From contig JBDHUP010000001.1 in assembly GCA_039809245.1 (NCBI GenBank), positions 30,934-94,933 of the forward strand: DNA of 64,000 nucleotides. The letters are read 5' to 3'. Both the position numbers and the translations under genes were made by a program. Shown here one piece after another: positions 38,036-48,447 of this stretch. Numbering within the stretch: the first letter of the stretch is position 1; each line of letters opens with the position of its first letter. Origin of the DNA: Minisyncoccia bacterium. GTDB taxonomy: Bacteria > Patescibacteriota > Minisyncoccia > Phycocordibacterales > UBA9973. The notes beneath the pieces are model-generated. The model ran no database searches. It was given only the letters and a program-made list of their open reading frames with translations, and was not told where the DNA came from.

Positions 38036-38461
38036 TTACTTTATACTATCATAATAATTGTTACCAGTTTTATAAGATTTAATTGCAAGCCCTGTCTGGA
38101 TAAACACAGGGTCAGGTAGGTCATCAAGATTGTACCACTGCCAGCTTTCTAATTTCTCAGGTTCAAGGACTTGTGGTTCACCACTCTCCCATTCTGCAAG
38201 TAGAACTATATTCACATAGTGCTTTGGAGCATAGTGAAAAATATTTCCCACATGCAAGAATTTAATATTCTTTATTTTTATTCCCGCCTCTTCCATCACT
38301 TCTCTTTTAGCACAATCTTCAAATGATTCCATATACTCCAAATGCCCTCCAGGGAATGCATATTCTCCTATTCCATGTGAGACTTTCCTTTGACCCATTA
38401 AGACTTTTCCATCTTTTAGAATCATTACCCCCATTCCAACTTTTGGTCTTTTGTCTTCCAT
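38036..38461 (-). CDS. NUDIX hydrolase (MutT/NUDT15-like)
   Basis: RPKVGMGV, FPGGHLEYMESFEDCAKREVMEEAG, EPEK...WQW. Confidence 0.9.
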   Translation of the reverse strand: MEDKRPKVGMGVMILKDGKVLMGQRKVSHGIGEYAFPGGHLEYMESFEDCAKREVMEEAGIKIKNIKFLHVGNIFHYAPKHYVNIVLLAEWESGEPQVLEPEKLESWQWYNLDDLPDPVFIQTGLAIKSYKTGNNYYDSIK

Positions 38462-38462
38462 A

Positions 38463-38927
38463 TTATGAGCTTAATTCTTTTAAGGCTTCTTCGGCATAGA
38501 ATTTAATATTTGGAACTAAATCCATAGTTTCTAAATCTTCCTTAGTGCACCATTTCAGTTCGACGCCTTTTTCATGATCTAGGACTGAATCTGAGACTTC
38601 ATCTGTATCACAAGTAGCAAAGTAAACAAACACTACATGCTCATGAGTTGGTCCAGTTCTGTGACGACCTAAATACTGAGGAGGCATAAGTATTTGAAAA
38701 TCTTTTTCGCCAAAATTAGGAATTTCTTTCCCGACAAGCTTTACATCAAGGCCTACTTCTTCTTTCACTTCTCGATAAGCAGCTTCTATTGGATCTTCAT
38801 CGAGTTCTATATGTCCACCAACCGAACACCAAATATTGTATTTATCATGCATACGAAGAAGGACTTTATTCTTATGAACAATAAAGACTTCTACTGTAAA
38901 ATCGATTTTCTCGTGTATATGTGGCAT
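38463..38927 (-). CDS. NUDIX hydrolase
   Basis: GGHIELDEDPIEAAYREVKEEVGL. Confidence 0.9.
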   Translation of the reverse strand: MPHIHEKIDFTVEVFIVHKNKVLLRMHDKYNIWCSVGGHIELDEDPIEAAYREVKEEVGLDVKLVGKEIPNFGEKDFQILMPPQYLGRHRTGPTHEHVVFVYFATCDTDEVSDSVLDHEKGVELKWCTKEDLETMDLVPNIKFYAEEALKELSS

Positions 38928-38928
38928 A

Positions 38929-39261
38929 TTATAATTCTAAAATTTTTATTCCTCTTTTCATAGCAACAAAGCAGTAGCCCCATAGGAATGGAAACCACAG
39001 TGGCATTATACCTAAAAGAGAATTCCTAATAAAAGTCTCCACCCCAGTACTTACAAATATAAATTCAGCGATAATCATCACAAAGAATCCAAAGAAGAAT
39101 ACCATTACCTCCTTCTTCTCTCTTTTAATTATGAAAGAAATTATAATCATCACAGCATATACAGCAGTCAGGATATAGTCATCATTAATCCTAGTAATAA
39201 GCCACATCATTACTAATATAGGAATTGCATTTATTAATATTTGTATGGCTTTACTTTTCAT
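38929..39261 (-). CDS. Small 4-TM membrane protein
   Basis: Hydrophobic; AE..FV..G...F......G.MPLW.P.LWG. Confidence 0.65.
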   Translation of the reverse strand: MKSKAIQILINAIPILVMMWLITRINDDYILTAVYAVMIIISFIIKREKKEVMVFFFGFFVMIIAEFIFVSTGVETFIRNSLLGIMPLWFPFLWGYCFVAMKRGIKILEL

Positions 39262-40521
39262 TTATACAAAACTCTTAGGGATAGGGTGCTTATGAGCGAG
39301 AGCTTTGACTTTCGCGCGGATTTCGACTTTCTTCTCGGCATTATCTTTATTCTTTAGTGTCTCTATTAATAGCTTTGCGACTTCGGCGCAATCTTCTTCT
39401 TTAAATCCTCTTGTTGTTATCGCTGGTGTACCAAAGCGAATTCCAGATGGATCAAGTGGCTTGCGAGTGTCTCCAGCTATTGAGTTCATATTGAGCGTTA
39501 TACCTACTTCATCAAGCACTGTCTGTGCCTCTTTACCGGTGACTCCAAGTGAACCGAAAACATCAGCAAGGATGAGGTGGTTATCTGTTCCCCCACCGAT
39601 CATTCGAACTCCTTCATCTTTGAGAACTTTCTCCATTGCTTTCGCATTCTTCAAGACTTGTTCAGCATAAACTTTGAACTCTGGACGGAGAGCTTCACCG
39701 AAGGCAATCGCTTTGGCAGCTATCGTATGCATATGTGGGCCTCCTTGAATTCCAGGAAAAATAGATTTATCAATCTTCTTCGCGATCTCTTCACTCTCAC
39801 GAGTTAGTATCATACCACCGCGTGGACCACGAAGAGTCTTGTGGGTTGTGGTTGTAATAATATCAAATCCGAAATCAAATGGGTTCGGAAGTGCTTTTGC
39901 AGCGATAAGTCCTGCGATGTGCGCCATGTCAGCCATTGTTATCGCTCCGACTTCTTTCGCAATATCTACAAACTTCTTATAATCGAGACTTCTCGGATAC
40001 GCAGAGAATCCTGCAAGAATAATCTTCGGCTTCTTCTCGATAGCTACTTGGCGAAGGGCATCGTAATCTATCTCGCCAGTTTCTGGGTCTTTCATTTTGT
40101 AAGTGACAAAGTTATAAATCTTCGCTGGGAGAGTCATCGGGTGCCCGTGAGTAAGATGCCCGCCATGAGAGAGGTCCATCCCGAGGACTGTATCACCTGG
40201 TTCAAGTAAAGCTGCATAGACAGCCAAGTTTGCAGGTGCACCAGAGTGAGGCTGAACATTAGCAAATTTACAATTGAAAAGTTCGCAAGCCCGTGCAATA
40301 GCTAAGCGCTCCACTTGGTCGGTAAAATCTTGCCCACCATAGTAACGGCGACCAGGGTAACCTTCAGAATACTTATTTGTAAAAACTGAGCCATTGGCTT
40401 CACGAACCGCCATAGACACGTAATTCTCAGATGGTATAAGTTCAAGGCCATCTTCCTCTCTTAATGTTTCCCCTTCTATTGCTTGCTGTATTTCTTTGTC
40501 TTGTTTTTCAATGTAATTCAT
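39262..40521 (-). CDS. glyA: Serine hydroxymethyltransferase
   Basis: LELIPSEN, NKYSEGYPGRRYYGG, NVQPHSG, HGGHLTHG, TTTTHKTLRGPRGG, GTDNHL, SGIRFGTPA.TTRG. Confidence 0.97.
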   Translation of the reverse strand: MNYIEKQDKEIQQAIEGETLREEDGLELIPSENYVSMAVREANGSVFTNKYSEGYPGRRYYGGQDFTDQVERLAIARACELFNCKFANVQPHSGAPANLAVYAALLEPGDTVLGMDLSHGGHLTHGHPMTLPAKIYNFVTYKMKDPETGEIDYDALRQVAIEKKPKIILAGFSAYPRSLDYKKFVDIAKEVGAITMADMAHIAGLIAAKALPNPFDFGFDIITTTTHKTLRGPRGGMILTRESEEIAKKIDKSIFPGIQGGPHMHTIAAKAIAFGEALRPEFKVYAEQVLKNAKAMEKVLKDEGVRMIGGGTDNHLILADVFGSLGVTGKEAQTVLDEVGITLNMNSIAGDTRKPLDPSGIRFGTPAITTRGFKEEDCAEVAKLLIETLKNKDNAEKKVEIRAKVKALAHKHPIPKSFV

Positions 40522-40572
40522 ATCCTGATTTTAGCATGTTGAAGAAGAAAAGAAAAAAGGTATAATGAGCCT

Positions 40573-41514
40573 ATGAAAGAAGAGCATGTAGACCTAATAT
40601 ATCTAGACCTTTTAGAGCGAATAAAGCGCGAAGGAGTAAAGAAGACAGATAGAACTGGTACTGGCACATTATCGCTTCTAGGTCATCAGATGCGTTTTGA
40701 TTTATCAAAAGGATTCCCTCTCTTAACTACTAAAAAAGTTCCTATAAAAGCTATTATCCATGAACTACTGTGGTTCATGCGCGGAGATACAAATCTTAAA
40801 TATTTAGCCGAGAATAATGTTCACATTTGGGACGAATGGCCATATAAAGCATATTTAATAAAAAATAAAATAGAAGTTCCTAAAACTGGAAGCGATGAAT
40901 GGAATACTGGTATAAAAGAATTTGTAGAAAAAATAAAGACTGATGAATCTTTTGCAAAAGAGTACGGAAATCTTGGACCTATCTATGGATACCAGTGGCG
41001 TAATTGGCCAACTCCAAACGGAGAGCACATTGATCAATTAAAAAATGTTATTGAACAAATAAAGAAATCTCCCGATTCAAGAAGGTTAATAGTATCTGCA
41101 TGGAATGTAGCTGATATAGACGAAATGGCAAAGGCTGGACTTCCCCCATGTCACTGCCTTTTTCAATTCTATGTTGCAAATGGAAAACTTTCATGCCAGC
41201 TTTATCAGCGCAGTTGTGACACATTCCTAGGAGTACCATTCAACATTGCATCGTACGCACTTCTTACTATGATTATCGCTCAAGTTACCGGACTTGAAGC
41301 CGGAGAGTTCGTCTGGACTGGTGGTGACACTCACTTATATTTAAACCATTTAGAGCAAGCTGATCTCCAGCTCTCAAGAAAGAATGATATCCGCCCGATG
41401 CCAACTATAAAAATAAACCCTGATAAAAAAAATGTGGAAGATTTCACTATCGATGATTTCGAATTAGTCGACTATAACCCTCACGATGCTATTAAAGCAC
41501 CTATAGCTGTATAA
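40573..41514 (+). CDS. thyA: Thymidylate synthase
   Basis: [54 protein letters not shown]. Confidence 0.97.
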   Translation: MKEEHVDLIYLDLLERIKREGVKKTDRTGTGTLSLLGHQMRFDLSKGFPLLTTKKVPIKAIIHELLWFMRGDTNLKYLAENNVHIWDEWPYKAYLIKNKIEVPKTGSDEWNTGIKEFVEKIKTDESFAKEYGNLGPIYGYQWRNWPTPNGEHIDQLKNVIEQIKKSPDSRRLIVSAWNVADIDEMAKAGLPPCHCLFQFYVANGKLSCQLYQRSCDTFLGVPFNIASYALLTMIIAQVTGLEAGEFVWTGGDTHLYLNHLEQADLQLSRKNDIRPMPTIKINPDKKNVEDFTIDDFELVDYNPHDAIKAPIAV

Positions 41515-41516
41515 AT

Positions 41517-42026
41517 ATGATAATCTCTCTCATCGCTGCGGTTGCCAAAAATGGAGTCATAGGTGGAGGTAATACTCTGCTTTGGGACATACCAGAAGAT
41601 ATGAAGCACTTCCGTGATAAGACCCGAGGGCATACAGTTATAATGGGGCGTAAAACATATGAGAGTATTGGTAACCCATTACCAAATAGGAAGAACATAA
41701 TTATCACTCGTGACCTAAACTATATACAGCCTGGGATAGAGATTGTTAATTCATTCAATGAAGCTCTACGTCTAGCAAGCCTTGAACAAGGAAAAGGGTT
41801 CGAGGAGAATCAGGATGAAGTAGAGATATTTGTTATTGGTGGTGGAGAAATATACAAACAAGCAATAGAGAAAGCAAATAAATTATACATCACAGAAATA
41901 CATAAAGATTTCGAAGGCGACACACTATTCCCTACTATAGATAAAGAAATCTGGAAAGAAACTGATCGAGAAGATTACACCAATGAACCTATCCCATTTT
42001 CTTTTGTAGAATATAGAAAGAAATAA
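41517..42026 (+). CDS. folA: Dihydrofolate reductase
   Basis: IAAV..NGVIG, W..PEDM..F, VIMGRKT, LPNR.NI, VIGGGEIY, GDT.FP. Confidence 0.95.
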   Translation: MIISLIAAVAKNGVIGGGNTLLWDIPEDMKHFRDKTRGHTVIMGRKTYESIGNPLPNRKNIIITRDLNYIQPGIEIVNSFNEALRLASLEQGKGFEENQDEVEIFVIGGGEIYKQAIEKANKLYITEIHKDFEGDTLFPTIDKEIWKETDREDYTNEPIPFSFVEYRKK

Positions 42027-42092
42027 AAAAAACCCATAGCGATCAAATCGCTACAGATTTTAAAGGGTTGAGTATTTTGATTAGTTTCCCCA

Positions 42093-42377
42093 TTAGTTTT
42101 CCCAGAGGATATCACCGTTTATTCCTTTGATAATATCTATATGCTCGGGGTTAATCCTAAACACTTCTTCTTTGTTTATTAAAATAACTACCCCGCCAGA
42201 TACATGGGCATACTCCAGTTTTACATCCTTATCCTCTGTAAAAATACGGAGTATATTGCCTTCTGTTTTTTGAATATACAAATTGCTGGGTAAATTAGCA
42301 AAAGCTTTTAGCGCTTCTGAATTTTCAAAGAAGATAACAAAGAAGTTGCCTTCAAAGTGCATTGATGTCTTTTTCAT
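42093..42377 (-). CDS. Hypothetical protein
   Basis: 94-aa stand-alone ORF; TTGACT-16-TAGAGT upstream. Confidence 0.5.
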   Translation of the reverse strand: MKKTSMHFEGNFFVIFFENSEALKAFANLPSNLYIQKTEGNILRIFTEDKDVKLEYAHVSGGVVILINKEEVFRINPEHIDIIKGINGDILWEN

Positions 42378-42469
42378 GACTGACTTTTTAATTTTTAGAT
42401 AATATTGTTTCTATAACACTCTACATCTTTCTAAAAATAAGTCAATAAAATTGATTATCGTAGTTTTTA

Positions 42470-42796
42470 CTATGGATCAATATCTGTTTTAACTCTAATG
42501 AAAACATCGGTGCCATCTGGGGCTTTAGTCTTTGTGTATTTTCTATTTTTATTAATTTCAATTTTTCGAACTAATTCACTTTCTAAATCATAGCCAAGTT
42601 GCTCAGACATCCCAAGCAAAAAGATAGCGACATCAGCAAACTCTTCAGCAACACCATCTTGTTTTTTATTCCACTTGGAAAATGCCTCTGAAAGTTCTTC
42701 ATGGGCTCGACAAAACTCATTAGCCATTTCCATACTAAATCCTTTCTCTATCTTATTTCGCATCACCTCTTTTTGTAATTCTTTTAGGTCTACCAT
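42470..42796 (-). CDS. MazG-like nucleotide pyrophosphohydrolase
   Basis: EELSE...VAEEFADV.IFL...DLE..L..K...N..R (EExxE...EExD). Confidence 0.85.
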   Translation of the reverse strand: MVDLKELQKEVMRNKIEKGFSMEMANEFCRAHEELSEAFSKWNKKQDGVAEEFADVAIFLLGMSEQLGYDLESELVRKIEINKNRKYTKTKAPDGTDVFIRVKTDIDP

Positions 42797-42799
42797 ATA

Positions 42800-43300
42800 T
42801 TATTGGTCTTTATAAGATTCAACTTCATTATTAATAATAACTAGTTCAATACCAGCTTCTTTAAAAATTTCTTTTGATCTTTTTGTTGCATGATAATCTT
42901 TCAATGCAACAATCCTAATAATCCCTGCATTAATTACCATCTTAGCGCATATGTAACAAGGAACCATCTTACAGTAGAGAGTCGCTCCTTCTGTGGCAAC
43001 TCCGACTCTTGCAGCATTAGCTATCGCATTCTGCTCAGCATGAGCAGTACGAATACAATGCCTTGAAACTGTGCCATCTTCCTGTGTAACAGTATGCATT
43101 TCATGACCAACATCGTCACAATGTGGAAGCCCTACAGGTGAACCAGCGTGACCAGTAGAAATTATTCTTTTGTTTTTAGTGATAACTGCTCCTGCATAAC
43201 CCCTGTCGCAAGTACCACGAGTTCCAACCATATCAGCCATTTGGATAAAGTATTCATCCCATGATGGCCTCTTGTGTGAAGTTGTCTCTTTGTCTGACAT
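42800..43300 (-). CDS. dCMP deaminase (ComEB family)
   Basis: RPSWDEYF, R.TC.R..GA, HAEQNAI, PCYICAK. Confidence 0.92.
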   Translation of the reverse strand: MSDKETTSHKRPSWDEYFIQMADMVGTRGTCDRGYAGAVITKNKRIISTGHAGSPVGLPHCDDVGHEMHTVTQEDGTVSRHCIRTAHAEQNAIANAARVGVATEGATLYCKMVPCYICAKMVINAGIIRIVALKDYHATKRSKEIFKEAGIELVIINNEVESYKDQ

Positions 43301-43335
43301 AAAGCCATTATATGCCCTCTGATTAAATTAGCAAA

Positions 43336-44652
43336 CTATAACCCTTCTGGAGCTGCCTCTAGTCTTAGAGTCACAAACTTCTCTACTCCTTTAGATAAGA
43401 CTTTCATAGTTATATAGTCGCCTACTTTTTTATATCGAATTAATGAAGTAAAGTCTTGATCAGAATCAATCTTTGTACCATCTATGGTTAGAATAATATC
43501 ATTTTCAACAATTCCAGCTTTATCTGCTGGTGACCCTGGCATAACTGCAATCTCTGAAGAATTCTGTCCACGTTGAACTAATATTCCATAATCAACAGAA
43601 AGATTATTCTTCTCTTTTAAGTCTGCTGTTACAGGAATGTAACGTATACCTATATATGGGCGAACGATCTTACCAGTTTTCTTTACTGAATCAATAGCAC
43701 TCTTAACGCTGTTTATAGGTAGAGCAAATCCAACATTTGAAGAACCTTGAACTACTGCCACATTTATACCAACAACCTCACCTTTTAAGTTTAGTAGCGG
43801 TCCACCTGAGTTACCTGGATTAATAGCTGCATCGGTTTGAATAACTTTATCCAAACGCTCTGAGGAACCGAAGTTATCCCCCGCCACAATCGAACGAGAG
43901 AGTCCTGATACAACTCCAACTGAAACGGTATTCTTGAATTCTCCAAGCGCATTACCTATAGCAATAACACTCTGTCCGACATCAAGCGCATCAGAATCAG
44001 CAAGAGAAAGATAAGGTAAACCAGAACCACTAATCTTAACTAGAGCAACATCGAGCACTGCATCACGAGCAAGGACTGTGGCGTTATATTTTTTACCACT
44101 ATTAAGCTGGACCTCGTATATCGCATCTTTGTCAGAAACTACGTGTCTATTTGTAACTATCAATCCGTCTGAAGATATTAAGAAGCCAGAACCACTTCCA
44201 ATCTCTTTCTTTTCTGTACCATTTTGTTTATAGATTGGTGTCTGGAAAAATCCTGGGAACATTCCACCAAATGGATCACTATTCTGATCGTAAGATACAT
44301 CGTACTTAGGAACTTCTTTACTTACAATAATAGATACTACAGCAGGCTTAGCTGTCTTCACTGCATCGACAACTGTGTATTGTTTTTCAGCTATAGGTGT
44401 CTGTGTTGCATCCCCAGATTTACCTAGAGAATCTGAAGGTAGAGAGAAGATTGAAGAACCCGCGATATTTTCTTGTGATTTAGAATAATTACTTGCAAGA
44501 ACTTTAAAAATTGCTAAGCGATAGTGCCATAGAGCAAATGTTATAACCCCCAGAGTTATAACAACGGTAGCGAGACTAATTAGAATAGTTCGCACTACAG
44601 AATCTTTAAACATTGCTTTTATTTTTTTTATATTTAAGTTTGAATTTTCCAT
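43336..44652 (-). CDS. HtrA/DegP-like serine protease with PDZ domain
   Basis: GSGSGF, TNRHV, DVAL, IQTDAAINPGNSGGPL, GSPADKAG. Confidence 0.95.
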   Translation of the reverse strand: MENSNLNIKKIKAMFKDSVVRTILISLATVVITLGVITFALWHYRLAIFKVLASNYSKSQENIAGSSIFSLPSDSLGKSGDATQTPIAEKQYTVVDAVKTAKPAVVSIIVSKEVPKYDVSYDQNSDPFGGMFPGFFQTPIYKQNGTEKKEIGSGSGFLISSDGLIVTNRHVVSDKDAIYEVQLNSGKKYNATVLARDAVLDVALVKISGSGLPYLSLADSDALDVGQSVIAIGNALGEFKNTVSVGVVSGLSRSIVAGDNFGSSERLDKVIQTDAAINPGNSGGPLLNLKGEVVGINVAVVQGSSNVGFALPINSVKSAIDSVKKTGKIVRPYIGIRYIPVTADLKEKNNLSVDYGILVQRGQNSSEIAVMPGSPADKAGIVENDIILTIDGTKIDSDQDFTSLIRYKKVGDYITMKVLSKGVEKFVTLRLEAAPEGL

Positions 44653-44721
44653 AAAATCTAAATAAAAACTACTTATAACATTAATAATTTTAGACCAATA
44701 AATAATGATGTCAATAACATA

Positions 44722-45348
44722 TTATCTAAGGACAAAGAAACCAAGAATCATAGCTGTAAAATTAAGGACTGTGTGCGCCAATGATATCATTATCAGATTT
44801 GGATATTTATAATATATCCATGCAAAGCCAACACCAGCCACAAAAGTCAGAGGCATAACCACGAAAGCATTTAGATATATGATATGTATAAGAGCGAAAA
44901 CCGAAGCATTTAAGATAATAATGAATGGTACACTTTTGAAAGCTCTCCGAAGCATATGCATAAGAACTCCACGGAAAATAATCTCTTGTAAAACACTTAT
45001 CGGGATAAATAACAACAGGAACCGTGCATTTTCCCACCACTCATAATATCTCTTCTCTTCAATAGCCGGAATTTTTTCTGACATAAATATGAGCACACCT
45101 ACCCCAACTACTGTGAATAAAAGGTAAGGAACTAAGTCTTTAAGGAAATTCTTCTTTATAGCTAAATCTTCATATGTCCAATGTGCTCGCTTTACTATAC
45201 CGTAAAGTAATAATGCTACACCAAAAAGTAAAACTATTCTAAACTGTCCTGGAACAACATTATAGTATATAAGTAATGTAGGCATTACATATAGATACAG
45301 TATTTGAGCTAAAACTAATTCCTTTTCTTTTATATTAGATTTCTCCAT
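44722..45348 (-). CDS. CPBP (Abi/CAAX) intramembrane metalloprotease
   Basis: QEIIFRG, FALIH, AHTVLN. Confidence 0.88.
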   Translation of the reverse strand: MEKSNIKEKELVLAQILYLYVMPTLLIYYNVVPGQFRIVLLFGVALLLYGIVKRAHWTYEDLAIKKNFLKDLVPYLLFTVVGVGVLIFMSEKIPAIEEKRYYEWWENARFLLLFIPISVLQEIIFRGVLMHMLRRAFKSVPFIIILNASVFALIHIIYLNAFVVMPLTFVAGVGFAWIYYKYPNLIMISLAHTVLNFTAMILGFFVLR

Positions 45349-45363
45349 ACAAAACCCATTGTA

Positions 45364-45867
45364 CTACAAGGCATCATCTGAAAATAGGTCTGGGGGTGGC
45401 AGGGGTAGTATCCTTATGAGTTTTGCTTCTATTTGCCCTTGATCGTTTGGTGAACCAATGACAACTACAGATGAGTCAACTTTCAGATCGTCCTTCGTAC
45501 CTTCCTCTCGCATCTGACGAACTTGAGTATCATCTGTAACTAGAATAACTTTTTCTATATTATTTCTATCTTCAACAATTAAAGTTGGGAATTCAACTTT
45601 AATAATCTTACCGATTGAACCATGTGAGTTTGGTGAATTCTCAGGAAAGTTATCCATCATCCGCATACCCCCATTATAAACTGGGCCGAAATTGCGAGAA
45701 AAGTTATCATCCCAATCATTCCTAAATGAACCCTTGTGGAAACCTACAAACATTCCAGCTTGGAAAATTGAAAAGGCAATAAATAAAACTCCAAGCGTAT
45801 ATATAATACTCTTGAACATTTTAGGTTCTGATAATTTTTCTATTTGTTTTTTTATTTTATTAATCAT
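45364..45867 (-). CDS. Membrane-anchored protein with DUF5666-like OB domain
   Basis: TM FQAGMFVG, then HG..GKI.......,T.VR......DLKV...VVVIGSPN..GQIEAKLIRI. Confidence 0.65.
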   Translation of the reverse strand: MINKIKKQIEKLSEPKMFKSIIYTLGVLFIAFSIFQAGMFVGFHKGSFRNDWDDNFSRNFGPVYNGGMRMMDNFPENSPNSHGSIGKIIKVEFPTLIVEDRNNIEKVILVTDDTQVRQMREEGTKDDLKVDSSVVVIGSPNDQGQIEAKLIRILPLPPPDLFSDDAL

Positions 45868-45879
45868 ATTAATTTTAGA

Positions 45880-46284
45880 TTACGCTATTAAAAATGAACC
45901 CTTATACTTACGCAATATTATCTTCCTTATTGAGAAAAGTAACACAAACACTAGTAATAGTGAAAGGGTTATATTTGTTACAGGTAGAGACTCAGTTACA
46001 GAAAGCATAAATTCCTTCCAATAGGTACCTATATATTTTCCATCAGATGCTAGTAGCGACATATATTCATAAAATCCTGTTTGAGGAAGTTTAACTATCA
46101 AATCTCTCACTATAAAAATAAAACCAGTCAGAGAAAGAATACTTGAACTTAAATAGACCCAAGACATGATCTTGATCAACCTCTCATTCTTCTTAGAAAT
46201 AGTACGCCAAATATCCTCAGAGAGCTTCATCTCAGAGTGATAACTCGCTTCTTTAAATAGATCCTTAATACTACTACCTTTCAT
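45880..46284 (-). CDS. Two-TM protein, putative anti-sigma or ECF accessory factor
   Basis: Directly downstream of the ECF sigma; short cytoplasmic N-terminus, TM, TGFYEY.SL..SD....YW.E...S..ESLP, TM. Confidence 0.55.
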   Translation of the reverse strand: MKGSSIKDLFKEASYHSEMKLSEDIWRTISKKNERLIKIMSWVYLSSSILSLTGFIFIVRDLIVKLPQTGFYEYMSLLASDGKYIGTYWKEFMLSVTESLPVTNITLSLLLVFVLLFSIRKIILRKYKGSFLIA

Positions 46285-46289
46285 ATGAT

Positions 46290-46320
46290 ATATATACGTT
46301 AAATCAATAATATTGGTGCA
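46290..46320 (-). promoter_or_regulatory. Putative ECF-sigma promoter 1
   Basis: TGCACC (46320-46315), 16 nt, CGTATATAT; begins right after the sigma stop codon. Confidence 0.65.
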
Positions 46321-46872
46321 CTACGACTCTATGAGAGTACGTAGCTTCTCTAGCGCTCGACGGTGTTGGCTTTTGACTGTATTTAGTGGTTTGCCCAGAA
46401 CCTCTCCTATTTCCTTGAATGTCATATCTTCTTGGTAGTACAAAACTAATACTGACTGATAAGGCATCGGTAACTTAGACAATAAATCATTTAAGTAATT
46501 TTTATCTTCAAGTTTTTCTAACTGTTCATCTGGTAAGCTAACTTCATCTTCAACTGTATCCTCAAAAATATCTTCCTCATTATCTAGATCAGAGAAGACA
46601 ATTGATTTCTTTTTCCTCAGATAGTCAGTAGTTGTATTGCGGGCAATCGTGAAAATCCAAGTCTTGAAGTGAGCTTTTGAAATATCAAACTTTTTTAGAT
46701 TCCTCCAGACTTTTATAAATACATCCTGAGTCACATCTGGAGCACTATTTGGCCCAACGAAGCGAACCACGAAATTATAAATCTGTGGGGTGTATCTATC
46801 GATTAGAGTCTTTAAATCTTCATGATTTCCGTTTAAATACCCTAAAATTAAGTCTTCATCGCGCTCATCCAT
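46321..46872 (-). CDS. ECF RNA polymerase sigma factor
   Basis: DVTQDVFIKVW, FKTWIFTIARN...DYLRK, region 4 MTFKEIGEVLGKPLNTVKS..RRA. Confidence 0.95.
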   Translation of the reverse strand: MDERDEDLILGYLNGNHEDLKTLIDRYTPQIYNFVVRFVGPNSAPDVTQDVFIKVWRNLKKFDISKAHFKTWIFTIARNTTTDYLRKKKSIVFSDLDNEEDIFEDTVEDEVSLPDEQLEKLEDKNYLNDLLSKLPMPYQSVLVLYYQEDMTFKEIGEVLGKPLNTVKSQHRRALEKLRTLIES

Positions 46873-46912
46873 CTACCTACTATACTAGAAAATCAAAATT
46901 TTATGGAATATA

Positions 46913-48397
46913 TTACTTCTCTAAATCTAAAATGTCATCTATTCTTATCTGCTCTACGAATTCTGGAACGTGGGAAACTAGGATCATAGCACCTTGGTAT
47001 TCATCTAGAGCTTTAGCGATAACTGGTAAGTGTCTGAAGTTTATATGGTTAGTCGGTTCATCGAGTATTAGTAATCCGGGTTTAAGTAGCACTAAGCTTG
47101 CAAAAGCAACTAAGCCTTTCTGCCCTTCTGAGAGTGAACCGATCTTGGTATAAACCATATCTCCAACTATCAGGAACGATGCCGCTACTGCGCGGATATG
47201 CTGTTCATCTACTCGACCAGTAACTTCACGAGATATCTCGGATAGTGACTCAATAACTGTATGATCGAAGTTTAGAGTTGAAAAGTCTTGACGATAGTAT
47301 CCAACTCGTACACCTTTGGCAATAGTCGCTCCTTCAGCCGTACCTTTTGCAAGTGATTCAAGTAATGTGCTTTTACCTATTCCATTTGGACCAGATAGAA
47401 GTAAGTGTTTATTTTTCCTCAATGAAAGACTAACTTTCTTTTTAGATGGTTTACCTTTTTTAAGAATTGAAACTAATGAGAGGGTTAAGATGTCCCCTAT
47501 CAAGTCACCTTGGAATGGAATTGTGAATGGTCGGATTGTTTTATCTTCTTTACGAACATCTACTTTCTCATCTTCAAGTTCTGCGGCAAGATCACGCATA
47601 CGCTTGGCTACTGCACGTAAGTTACCCCCTTTCATAGCGAAAGCATTTGCTTGATCTTTCTTGGCTTGTATTTCTTTCGAAAGAAGTGCATTCTTTCTAT
47701 TCTCACGCTCCATACGAGCTACTATCTGATCACGAACATCTGTATAGTTACCTACATATTGTTCAATCTTCCTAGTGTATACATCTAAGTAAAGAACAGC
47801 GTCAGTAAAAGCATTTAGGAAGTGAGCATCATGGGAAATAACTATTACGGTCTTTTTATATTTAATAAGGAAATCTGTAAGGTGGGCAATCCCTGCTTTA
47901 TCTAAGTTATTCGTCGGCTCATCGAGTAGAAGAATATCTGGTTCCTGAATTAGAGCACTTGCAAGCAGGAGTCGCGCTTGTTGACCACCAGAGAAAGAGC
48001 GTACTGTCCTGTCATGAACTTTCTCGTGGCCTTTCAAGTTTACAACTTCAAGGACATCATCAATACGAGGATCAATATCGTATATTTTTTTATCGAAACA
48101 TTTCTCGAAGAATGCTCGCACTGAGAGGTCTAATTCATCACGAGGAATAACCTGTCGAGAAAGAGCAATAGTAGTACGCTGAGCTAGATTTATATTCCCA
48201 TTCTCTGGAGTATGAGCTCCTGTTATAAGACCGAAAAGTGTACTCTTACCAGCACCATTCTGACCCATAATAGTCACCTTCATTCCGCGACGAATAGAAA
48301 AATCGACCTCTTCTAGGATAGGTTTATTATGCCCGTATTCAAATGAAACTTTCTCGAATCGTATTACGACTTCTCCATGTGAGGTATTTTGCGCCAT
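46913..48397 (-). CDS. ABC-F family ATPase
   Basis: Two NBDs (GQNGAGKST, FSGGQ, LLDEPTNNLD; GPNGIGKST, LSEGQ, LDEPTNH), no TM. Confidence 0.92.
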   Translation of the reverse strand: MAQNTSHGEVVIRFEKVSFEYGHNKPILEEVDFSIRRGMKVTIMGQNGAGKSTLFGLITGAHTPENGNINLAQRTTIALSRQVIPRDELDLSVRAFFEKCFDKKIYDIDPRIDDVLEVVNLKGHEKVHDRTVRSFSGGQQARLLLASALIQEPDILLLDEPTNNLDKAGIAHLTDFLIKYKKTVIVISHDAHFLNAFTDAVLYLDVYTRKIEQYVGNYTDVRDQIVARMERENRKNALLSKEIQAKKDQANAFAMKGGNLRAVAKRMRDLAAELEDEKVDVRKEDKTIRPFTIPFQGDLIGDILTLSLVSILKKGKPSKKKVSLSLRKNKHLLLSGPNGIGKSTLLESLAKGTAEGATIAKGVRVGYYRQDFSTLNFDHTVIESLSEISREVTGRVDEQHIRAVAASFLIVGDMVYTKIGSLSEGQKGLVAFASLVLLKPGLLILDEPTNHINFRHLPVIAKALDEYQGAMILVSHVPEFVEQIRIDDILDLEK

Positions 48398-48447
48398 AAG
48401 TTTCTATACTACCGTATTTAATAGTAATCTGCTAGTTATTTTTAATT

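Noticed and set aside
42470-43300. Anti-phage dNTP-depletion system (deaminase plus MazG)
   Set aside because: The deaminase is a plain ComEB-type enzyme with no kinase fusion and sits beside thyA/folA; housekeeping is the simpler reading
46913-48397. ABC-F as an antibiotic resistance gene
   Set aside because: Subfamily cannot be assigned by eye and no attenuator leader is present in the short upstream gap
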